DNA of 44,034 nt, the filler included, from Catajapyx aquilonaris (taxonomy: Eukaryota), in NCBI GenBank assembly GCA_000934665.2. It is 2 parts of 2 records of this genome, joined end to end, with 100 filler letters (N's around TTAATTAATTAA, not from the genome) between each part and the next. Parts side by side here need not be neighbours in the genome. Positions count along the whole stretch, not along the records: positions 22,164 to 44,034 come from JYFJ02005961.1; 1 more part is not named here. One strand, 5' to 3'. How positions within the stretch are numbered: the first letter of the stretch is position 1; each line of letters starts with the position of its first letter. Both the position numbers and the translations under genes were made by a program. The notes below the pieces were generated by a model. It saw only the letters and a program-made list of their open reading frames with translations. It searched no databases and was not told the origin of the DNA. Shown one piece after another: positions 22,551 to 34,200 of the stretch.

Positions 22551-23569
22551 AATAAATGGTGTCTCAAAAGAACAAAGAAAAACCTGTACCTTTTTAGTCT
22601 CTCACTTTCTTGGGTTGTGTAGTCAGTTGAACGGGAAAAGCAAACTCTGCTGATTAGACTGGCTGAAAGTTTTTGCCTGAGGACATGTCTCGTATGAGAA
22701 CAAATTCTGCAGGTGATGGATCTTGTGCTGGTGGCAGCCAGCACAGTTGGCCTTCCTGCACCAACTGACTGGCTGTATTTTCTTGGCTGGCACTGAGACT
22801 GGCCTGGGTTCAGTTACATTCCCAGGGCCGGCGATCCTGACCGTAGTTTTCTGTGGTTTTCCACGGTCCCCCCAGGATAATTCCAGGATTGCTTTCGTAT
22901 AATATGCCACAGCCGCTTCCTTCCTTCCCTATATCCTTGGCCCCATCCAATGGTGGTATTCCACCCCCCTAATGGAGTGCCGATTCTCCCAATGGGGTAT
23001 AAAAAACAAACAAAAACTGGCCTGGGTTCATTAATAGGGCAGTTGTAACAGGTCAGAGAGATGCTTTAGGAGTGTTGCAGAAGCTAATACCTGACAGCCT
23101 CAAAGTCTCTCAGCTGCAGAAAATTTACAGACTCTCAGAAACATCAGACCACCAGACCCAAGGGCAGTCCCAGCAGCAAAATCAGGATCTTTGGGTTGCC
23201 CCAACCCCAGCAGTCACCTTGGCCATTGGGGTTGTAAATTATGTGAGACATCATTGAACTGGATTTGTTGAAGAACTTTTTATTATTTCCGTCTCGCTGC
23301 TAAATAAGGTGGACAATATTTAAAAAGAACAAGAGAAACAGCATTATTTGCAAAACTAAACCAATGCAATGCTTAGTTGTCCTCACACAATTTATGCTGT
23401 ACTTTTAAATCTTGTTAAGCTGCTTGCTTTCTTATGTTCCAATTTCATGTCAACAAAATAATCCAGTACATCACAATGTTCTGTTGTGCTCCAGTCCATG
23501 TCTGCATTTTTTAATCCTTTTTGGGGGGAGGCTGCACGAGTCACAACAATTACCACAGGAACATTTGCG

Positions 23570-25211
23570 TCACGTCTTCTTCCCAAGCGCCTTCTGGGTC
23601 TCCTCCAATTTTGCAGCCTTTACAGCTTCTTTAGCTGAAATACACAAGGACAGAAACACTTAACAGTAACTAGCTGCTTATGTGAAATGATGATACTCTT
23701 ACCAATCAAATAATTCGTACAGGTCAAATATAAAATTCTTTACATCCTGGAGTACTTTAAATAATCCCACAGCATGAATGAGTGGTGGCTTAAGCTTGAA
23801 ATTGGGCAAATTGCACATCTACAACTGCAACTGGCTCTAGTAATATATTAATGTAATACTGTCCAAAGCCCAAATTTTTGGGATCCAAACAAGGAGAACT
23901 GCGATAAGGAGTCGAGTATTTTTTAGCAACTTGCAACATGCAACAAAGATTAGTTTAAAACTGAGCCATGAGATCTCACCCTTTCTTTCATCCTCCCTCT
24001 TCTTGGCAGCCTCCTCCCTCTGCTTGCGTATGATGGACAGCCTAGCAAGATCTGCTCTGGCTGCCTCCGTCTTTCCCTCTGCATGTAGCTTTTGGTAGTG
24101 GGCCTTTGCTCTTTGCCTTTCAAGTTCCTCCCTTTCCTTTCGACTCAACTCTGGCTTGGGTGCCTCCCCACTTGCTGACTCCACCACCTGGGTCAACTCT
24201 GACACCTTCTTTGCCTTGCGTTTCACACGGTTTGGGTTCTCGATCTCTATCAGTCCTTCCACTCCCTTCGCCTTCTGCTCAAAAATACAGAGTGGGTAGA
24301 CAAATCCTTCGCAAAATTTCAGCTATAAATTATGTTACAAAAATTATCACAAAAAACTAATAAGAAAGAGGAAATTGATCTTTCAAATGAACATGTATCA
24401 CTACTACAGTTTCATACACATTTTTAGAACAAATGCCAAGTGAGCCACACACACTGCATGGCCCTCCCAAGATTTTGACTCAGTAAGTCATTTTGACTCA
24501 GTAAGTCATGGCTGTTTATCTGAGTGACTGTCGGTCACAAAACTTACGTAGGTAATATTGGAACTCGCATGTCACGGAGGTAAAAAGTGTTATTTATCTA
24601 ATGCTATTATTCATCGCTTTTGTCACAAGATCTGGCAACAGAAAATATCACTAGTCATGACAGGCTATAAGAATCCACATCACAATCACATCCATAATTG
24701 GATCTACAAGAAACAAAAAAAATCTGCATTCTTTCTAGTTCATCCATGATCCCTCGAGATCTACCCAGCACATTGTAGCTGAACCACCTGGCCATTCGTA
24801 CCTTGTCCTCATCCGATTCGGTCTCACTGTCTTCATCACTGCTGGAGCCTTCCTTCTTCACCTCAGTTGCCCCTGCCTCCTCCTCCTCCTCCTCCTCTTC
24901 CTCCCCTCCCTCATCATCACTCGCCTTCTTCTGCACATGATCCCATAAAAGATACAATCAGTTAATATCCACCAATGACCTCCGCCAAAACAGGCGTACC
25001 TTCCACTTCTTCTCCCGCTCCTCCTTCTTCCTCTGGGCTTCAAGTTCCTCTGGGTCGGTGAAGTGGCGGTGCTTGCCCTTGTGGCTCTGGAACTTACCTG
25101 AGGAGCAAGGCAACAATAATAATCAACATCACAATCGTACTGATGCTGGCTGGTGCCCTTTTGTTCCCGAGGACCCGAAACAACAAAATCGCTTGTCCTA
25201 CCTCGGGGCAT
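23570..25211 (-). CDS. PDAP1: 28 kDa heat- and acid-stable phosphoprotein (PDGFA-associated protein 1), ~198 aa
   Basis: Exons 25211-25202, 25097-25000, 24930-24802, 24274-23980, 23634-23570 (597 nt, GT-AG). Reads [22 protein letters not shown]...[16 protein letters not shown]...[52 protein letters not shown] (PP28 domain). AATAAA on the minus strand at 23284-23279. Confidence 0.96.
24472..24507. repeat. 18-bp perfect tandem duplication in PDAP1 intron 3
   Basis: ATTTTGACTCAGTAAGTC x2; each copy contains TGACTCA. Confidence 0.9.
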
Positions 25212-28200
25212 GTTGAGGATTAATCAGCTGCACCAGGCAGGGACTACCGCGGAAAGGGACCCAGACGAAGAGACTCCTGCTCCCGACCGAAACGTACCGT
25301 CTGTCTGCCTCAATTTCGCTCGCCTTCCTTCCTTCCTTTCCTTCCTTCTTTCCTCTGCTAGGCCTAGGAGCTAGGACGAACAATTGCCAGATCATTGCGA
25401 GTGACGTAGCAAGCATTGGGGAGGGGTTGCCAGATCAAAAAAGCACTGCCCTTCACACGATACAGTACCGTATTTGCAACCACTTTCTGACCACTCAAAG
25501 GATACATTTCAACCACGTTTGTTGTGCACGTCCTGGCTGCCCACATGCACGCTGCACGAACTGGTGGGCAGGGAAAGTAAATAGAGAGGGGCAGGAACTA
25601 GCTGCAACCGAGCTTTCACATTTCTTGACATTCAAAAATTAGCTTGCTAAATATTCATGTACATGGGGCCGATTATCCCTTACTGAATATAATGTTACCT
25701 AGACTCCTAGGGCAATGTCCTTTGGCACACATTTCACATTCAAATGACCGTCACAAATGCACCAAAATGCAATGACTACAATGCTGAACATTTTTGTTGA
25801 ACACTGGACCTTGAGACATTGACTGGATTCCGCCGGAACATTCGATGCACATTCATGTGTTACTGGGGTTACCACTATACCAAATGACCTTTGTCCATGA
25901 AGATTCCAACAGCACACCCTGCAACAACATCCATTTGTTGAATTGGTCAAATCCCTGGAGTCGTGTGTGAATGATGAGGTGACTAGCTGTGCCTTCCCTG
26001 CCACCTCACGATGACATTTGATCCCGGTACAGGAACAACTAAAAACCAATAAAACTCGATACTCATGTTTATCATCCATCATTATTACTATTATTATGGT
26101 ACATTCTGTATGTACAGATGCAGTCACTCACTGAATCACACCCCATTCATTCAGATACATCATGTCACTACTCTTGCCAGTGGCTTCCACTAAAATGGGT
26201 CGACATTTTTGAAGTGCTATTAGCGCCCAAGTTCCCTCTCACAACAACAGGTGGAGCCAGTAAAGTGCTGCTATGTCCTGCTCAGTTTGGAAACTCGTTC
26301 ACTAGATAGACCAACCCAAAACAATTTCCAGTGGAATGCCACTGACTCTTGTTACTTTTTGCCCCCATTCACATATTGGGTCACAAAAATAAATCTCTTC
26401 CTTTGAGATAAAACAAGTAAGGGTTTGAGAGAAGCTCCAATACAATACGGTCTTGATAAAAAGACTTCCTCCTTCCGAAATAATTACACTCAACTATGTA
26501 CCAAAGTAACCACAGTTTTTACGAGTTGTACAACAATAATACCATAGTTGCAATAATAATCATAAATGATAATTACAATGATCCTAAGAAATTGGTAATA
26601 ATAATAATAGTAATAATAATACACAGTAATCAGCATCAGCATTCAACAGTCAGTCTTTACAAACAAGGGGAAGTTGGTTCAGTACAAGTTTGGTCCCTTT
26701 GGACTTTGGATTGGTGGCTTCAATAATTTCAGGGCCTGAAAATATACTCAGATGGAGTTATATATTTTTTGGTTGTTCTGTTTTGGGAACTAACCAGGCA
26801 AGAAATGCATTTAAATGGCCTGGTTGCGCCAACAGAAAGCTAGAATTAACACTGGGTTAACATAAACCTCACAGCAAAATGGCTGATTTTGCATCACATG
26901 TTTGCTGCTATGTATAACACAAAGCTCCATATACTCTCAATCATTCTTATTGTCAACAGTGACAGAGTCAATGCTAAGCATTTGTTATTCACAACCAGGC
27001 CAAAATATCTTCTCCACCTCTTTGGAAGTTGAAAACAAAGGAGAGGGAATGAAGCGAGACAAGAACACTGGGAAAGCTGCCTCCACATCAAACATTGCCA
27101 TGAAAATAGTGCAGCTTGTCAACATCTCGAAGGCTTTAAGAACCACGAAGGTTTTTCTTTGTCGGGGAGGAAGAGGAGGCGTTTTCAATATCTGGTCCAC
27201 ACTTTAAAAGCCACAGGTGGAAGGGCTTGGTTGCAAATGAAATCAATAACATGTCTTCCGCATTTTAGCATCAGCATCCCTTGATAAGATTGGCAAATAA
27301 TGCCTAAAACACTTAGGCATGCAAAACAACTGTTCCCACTTACAACCAGCTCACATGCAGTTGCACATGTTATGTAATATGGGATAATTGCTGAGTTTAG
27401 AAGTCCTCTAGGTGAGGTGAATGAAATTGAAGAGTGTCTCTTGGCACAAATGGTTCAAGTCACAAAAGACTTCCATTATTGCAAATGATAGTGGGTACTA
27501 TTTGTTCATTCCATCGTAATATATTGTGCAGATCTTCTCAATCCAATGTTGGATTACATTCTCATAAGACATTCACACTATGGAAGCATTCAAGATCACT
27601 CCTTGTCAACCAAACCACTGTGCTGATGCATGTCCAATTAATTGATGAAACTGTCTGAACAAATAATGCATCAATTCAAGAAAATGATAGTTTTTAAAAA
27701 TTGATTATAATTCCATCAGACATGTAGCAGATGCAAATGATGAGACAGGATTTCACAATGTGAAGGCATTAAGTGTCACATTATTCCCTAATTTAGCTAT
27801 TTGGGCATTATTTTGGAAGTCACATGCCCTTTGATGTAATATATGCCAAGTTTCTGCATAAAACTTAATTTATCTCTTTTATCATAAATAGCATTCATCT
27901 TCTTTCTTAAAATTGTAATTATGTCACAAGCATTGTGAAAACTTCGTATCACTGCCACAATGGGAGACACTTTCATTCATAACTTGGAGAGTAGAGAGAT
28001 TGATCAAGCATGAGATATTAATTACTTGTACGTAGTATTACCTCTACATTTTATATAGTAATATGCATTGCCACAAATATACTTTCTCCACAATGTAAAC
28101 CACCTTCCCTAAAGGACCCATTATCCCATCCACTCCTCATAAATACTGTTCAACTCAGTACAAGACATTTACATTTACAACAAAGCCTTTCACATCTTCC

Positions 28201-28298
28201 TAAGAGTATTCTGGGTTAACATTCTTGAAATAAATTAAAACACTTAAAAAAAACACACACACACACATGCACACACACAAGACAGGGAGGGACTCAGT

Positions 28299-31200
28299 TT
28301 ACAGATGTGCCAATATGTGCACCTCTCCTCCTCTACCAGCCGTTTCCCCACCTCTCCCACCATCCCCTCCCCCATCCCCACCCTCTCCAGCCCCTTCTCC
28401 CCCTCCAGAAGTGACGGTGAGTACTACAGCATCCCGTGGAACCACCCTGCTAGCACCTGCAGTCTGCACTATAGTCACCATATTTCCATCCCTCACTTTC
28501 AAGAGTCCTTCTCCGTCCGTCTCGCCCCCACCCCCTTCACCACCTGTCACGCTGATGACACTGACCCCGCCACCATCACCTTCTTCTTGGAAGCGGATGG
28601 ATGTAGGAGGTGATGTTTCTCCACTTGTCCTTGACCTATAGGAAGGTGGTCTACTTGGTTCTTCTGCCCTGTGATTGGTCAGCCTCAGGGCAGGTCGAGA
28701 AGTACCAGCCCCTATGTGCGAGCGGTATGTAGGAGGGGGGGATATGGCAGGGGCAGCAACCCTTGATGGCAGTGGTGGCAGTGGTGGAAGTGGAGGGGGT
28801 GCCAGGGGAGGTGCAGGGACAGAAGCTGGTGGCTGGGCTTGACCTGCACCCCGATCCAGCAAAAGGAGCCTCAGACGATACTCCTGCATCGAAGCTTGGT
28901 ACGAAGGAGGAGGTGGCCTGTACTGGAACTCAGGATATAACATGGCAGCATATGGGTGCTGGGGGCGTCCAAATGGTGGGGCTGAGCGGGGCCCAAATCT
29001 TCGCTCTCCACAGCCGGCTCGACCAACTGTGGTCCCACCTCCTGGTGCACTAGGGTTAGGATCTAGCTCAGTAGAGTCACCGGCAGGTGGACCGTGGGCA
29101 GTGTTTCCTCCTCCTGTTAGCCTCAGCATGGCTCTGCAAGAGGGTGCTTCATGGGCAGTCAACCTCCAAGCCAATCCACTCACTGTGATTAGGATTATGC
29201 CCACTCCTAGAAAGAAAATGTTTATTTTGATTTACCAACTCATTATCATAAAAATGAATTGAGAAATATAATATCAATACACTGGTGTTCCCAACCTGTA
29301 ATGCAGTAGTATTCACAGGCCAGTTATCATCTGATTTGGATAGCACATAAGCACCCAACATTGATCCCTCTTTGAGAGAAGGCCCGGTAATATAATTGGG
29401 TACTGATAATGTCAAAATAATGAAAACATTCCTAATGAAAGAGGTACTGACAAGGGAAGTGTCTGTAGTGCAATCGGCCAATCGGCCCGAAAATGACACT
29501 AGGGGTAAATCGCAGGCCAGAAATTCATTGGTGAAAGTAAAAAGTCGCATTAGCCAAGCGTTTTCGAGATATGGGCGACTATAGGTGCCCGGCAAACACG
29601 AATAAGTTATTATTTACTGAGCTTGTGACTATTCATTTTTCCGAATATGAAGCCATGGAGAGAGTAGGTAAGCATCGGCAGAAGAAAAAAAAGTAATACA
29701 CTTCCCAGCAAGCTGTTTATTTATTCCTGTTGATTGCAAAAGGGAAGATATGCGGTGATAAACGGTGTTGGGGAAGAAAGAAAAAGAAAACGATGCTCCG
29801 AGACGAGAGAGGGAGGGGGGGAAAAAAAGTCGCTTCCCGCGGACTTGAACGCAGAGACTTAGGATCATGACGCGGACGCGCTACCGACTGAGCCACGAAG
29901 ACTGTTTATAATTTCTTCTGCCGAGTGCGCCCCATTGTCACCGAGCAGGTTTGCCGGGCACTTATAGTCGCCCATATCTCGAAAACGCTTGGCTAATGCG
30001 ACTTTTTACTTTCACCAATGAATTTCTGGCCTGCGATTTACCCCTAGTGTCATTTTCGGGCCGATTGGCCGATTGCACTACAGACACTTCCCTTGTGAGT
30101 GACAAAGGAGATGGAAGTAAAGGGTTCTGGACATGCAGACAGTAACATGAAACTTGGTATGGCGTTTGAAATTGCTCATATCCTTTTAAAAATTACACTT
30201 TTAGAATTACAAAAATGGTCAAAATGTAGGCCAACAAGATTTCCGGATTTTTGCACATTACGCAAAAAATAGTGTTGACCTTGGCCTTCCAATATCAGCA
30301 TTGTGGGCTTCCTCCCACACACTTCATCAACATTTCCAATCTAAAAGTTACCTCAATAGGAGTATTAAATAGTAAACATAAAAATGAACAAATGTCTTCA
30401 AAGCTGGAGAAATAAGTATACTAACCAATCATGAGCAGAGAAACAGTAAGGTGTTGATTTCCAGCAGCCCTGACAGCTCCTAAAACAGTTCCAACAGCAG
30501 CGCAGCAGACACCAACCAGGGCTATAACCACCACAAAACATCGGATGGATGCAGCTTGAGAAGCTGCCAATCCACAACATGACTTGGGGCGATCCTCAGA
30601 TGATGTCCTCACACCACCACGCATCCTAATTAATGACAAGGAAAATTAACAGCTTTTAGAGTTGTCAACTATAATTTTCTTATGCCACATTGCTTATTTT
30701 AATGGCAATCATACTGCTGATCTACTCCTTAACCTTGAATGCAGGTAAGCACTTCACCTTGAACACCATTAAATTATCACAATTTTGGTGATATTTTTAT
30801 CATTTCTCTCGCATCCACCTCAAAAACTTGGATTCGTGCCATTTATCTGGTGCCCATCATTGGCCACATCATTGGTTCCAAACTCTTCACATAACAACCA
30901 CAAGGATCCCCTAACAGGCTTCTTTCACCAACCTGTGCTACAAAAGGTGCTGTAGGAGGATCCCAGGTTGCACCATGCTAACAAAGACACATTCACACAG
31001 GCAGTGGACGTCTTTGGTCACGTTGACGCTGTCCACCAATCATGACTCATGTAAACAAGGTGTTGCGCTTGTTTACATGAGTGATGATTGGTCTGCGGCG
31101 TCAACCCGACCAAAGCAGTCGATCGCCTGTGTGAATGGGCCTAATGCTATTACGAGTGACTTATACAACCAGCTCTGCATTCAAACTGTTCTCTGATTGA

Positions 31201-34200
31201 CTTACTACCTATAGCATTATGTTTTGAGAACTCTATTACTTTGTATTGAATGACACTATTTGCACAAAGGCTTGCTGCACACTTCAGTGTGAATTTTTAT
31301 TCCCCAAAATGCATAATTTCCCAATGTGACACTCACGTCACATCCTAATAACCCTTGCAAATATCCATGCGACCTAAACTCCAGGTACATGTTTTACTGG
31401 CAGTACAATTATTATAACTCCAGTTATTCTGCCTTATGTAGAAGCTCTTCAGAAGAGACTCCTTGAAAAATATGGTATGTGCATAGTGCATGGCCAGAGC
31501 GCAAGTATAATATAAATCCTGCAGCCTTCTGCATACCAGTTCATGGTGTGATTTTCATGCATGACTTCTTCATCCATTCTGTGCAATAATGTGAAGCCAT
31601 GTTTGACATGACCCAATGCATTGTCAACTCACCACTCAAGCAGTCATCTGGCACAAACCACCACGAGAAGTTATGGTGTAAAGCTCAAGGTACTCTACAC
31701 ACAATCAACATCAATTTCAGAACGAAGAGATTGCCAACCAACAAGAAATGATTCATGAAATGGATCACATGATTATTATTTGTAATGCTTTGCTCATTAT
31801 GCCACTGCAGCCACACATCAGAATCAAATTCACACCTGACAAACAGCGCCGGATTTCCCATTAGGCACAGTAGGCACTGGCCTAGGGGCGGCCGCAAGTT
31901 GCAATTAATATTTTTCAAATACAATAATATGAAATTTAGGCGAGATCAGAAAGAAAATCACATTTTTGAGAGCTTGATTTACCACTACAGGCAGAAAAGG
32001 TAATTGCCGAAGGGCGAGCATAACTTACGAGAGAGAGAGACGAATATCAAGACTCAAGTGCCTAAGGTCGGACCCGGGGGGGGGGGGGNGGGGGGTAAAT
32101 CCGACGATGCTGACAAAGATTAGTACCTTCGCTAAAATTTCATTTCCAATAAGGGGAAGCCCAGCATCTCCAAAAGCTTTACAAGACTATTTTGTCCCTC
32201 ATCCTTTCTAATAATTATTGCAACAGTAATTCCTCACTGCATAGTCAGCATCTACTTGCCCAGTAACTTGTGTCATGCAGGATTTCTAATACTATACTAT
32301 AAAAATGAATAATAAGATAGGGGTAAAGGGGACGTATGGGAAAGAGGTGGGAGTGGGAGTGGGAGTGGGTGGGGGCGTCAGCTGTCCTTCCTGCAACTGC
32401 CCGCCGCCTTCATCCCCTTTCAAATAACGGTTCCAAACCAGCAACGGGGCATGTGGACTTGCCCTCACTCACTATTAACCACTATGCGCCAAATGTCTCG
32501 ACTCATTTCACCATAAACTGTGTTTAATCTGGGTCATTGCAGACCTTTTCTCCTTACAGGCAGAAAAAAACGCCCAATATATCTACTTCCTACGTTTGTT
32601 CCATCACCACAAAAAACAAGACGTGTATCCCTCCAAAATATGATAAAACTCCGAAAATGCGGAATTCCGATTACCCCAACGGCGGCATTGTAGCAATTGC
32701 ATAAAACCACAAACAAAATCCTGGAATACCTTACATTTCGCAATTTCATTTATTACGCAAGCTCACTGCATCTGAATTTTTCTGTGTTATTCGCGTTTTG
32801 TCATACCTGCATGCCAAAAACAATGGGCCATAATTTTGATCCAGGTACGGAGCCAGCCTGCCCACCACACTCGGTAAAAAAGAAGATCAAAACCAGGTGA
32901 CCCTTCTTTCTCTCCTCCTTCCCGTTATTCCTACGACCCCCTTTCATTCCGTCCCCTCCCCTTTGCAACCCCACCCACCCACCCCTCCTGCCTGCCCGCC
33001 TGCCCAAAGACTTCCCTCTCTTTGATACCCACAGGTAAACACAAAAGGCACATCTGGTGAAGTAACAGCACAACAACCAAACGCCAAGGCCGCCCTCGCG
33101 TCACGGGTGCTAAATGTCTGGGCCACATGTACCACCAAGAGACTAGTCCCAAAACCCATTAAAAAAAAAAAAAAAAAAAACGCATTTTTCATATCCAACA
33201 CTCCGGATTTCCTCAATCCAATAAATCGACAGTGTTCTTTTATTATTATTTTACAGGACCGACACCATGGATCTGGTTTTAGGTCTGTGGATAGTACGGA
33301 TGGCTTACTCCCCATTTTCCTGTCCAGAAAAGGCCGTTTGCTTCACCAGACCAAGACAATGCTGTAGAAAGTCGTCACTTGACGAGCCACACCCCTCCCA
33401 TTAAAATGGAGAGTCTGGAGGGTGAAAAGGGCATAATAATCCCCGCGCGGCAAATAAATAAATCCGCTTCGAGATGGACTGGGCGTGAACAAAACGTTTT
33501 GCAATATCACGACGTCCGATCATCGGCTGCCGGGATGTTTGACTCGACACTTCCTTACAAAACACAGCCTCTCTTTCAGGACGTACCAATCCTCCACCCA
33601 ACCTCCCCCTGAGTCACGCCTGGCAGCCTTCATCCCTTGCTCTATCGGTGCCCAATCAAAGGAAAATTGCATGAATCACTCCAATTTTCTCATTGTTGTT
33701 GGTCGGTTTCGCCCCATTACTACATAAGCAGAGCTTATTTTGTGGCGGAACTAACCATTTTTACGTGCTACACCTGTTTTGATCGAAATATCGATGAATA
33801 ACGCAGCAGTCTCTGTACAAAACAATTGCGTAACTCCAGTACGTGCTTTAACGACATATTTGCGAACAAAGACTGCTTCAAGGTCCACCAACACGTTTTT
33901 GGGAGGAAATTATAATGAGCGAAACACATCATCTCGTGTGGAGAGTTTGCTGGGTTTAATTATGGCGATTGCTGTACTAAATTTATTTAGGAAGAACACC
34001 TGGCAGACAGAGGTAGCATGATGTACAGTACGTTACATGCCATGCCTGTAATTCTTATATTATTTACTAAACCACCTTGAAGTCCTACGTATTATAACTG
34101 TCATATTACACAGCACAGTGCACATGCATTGTATGATGAACAGCTCCAAAGCTAATATTAGCTAATAGCTCAATATCTAATTACAGTCATGTCAAATAAC

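Noticed and set aside
25885..25892. NBRE (TGACCTTT) upstream of PDAP1
   Set aside because: An isolated 8-mer, expected about once by chance in this window.
25699..26127. 142-aa minus-strand ORF between PDAP1 and the membrane-protein 3'UTR
   Set aside because: No recognisable domain, splice context or coding bias.
29149..30145. Identical peptide MPGTYSRPYLEN... on both strands
   Set aside because: A product of the 152-bp inverted repeat; TTG starts, not genes.
32900..33330. GC-rich intronic block with several short ORFs (possible alternative first exon)
   Set aside because: No convincing in-phase donor or promoter motif; the ORFs run through homopolymers.
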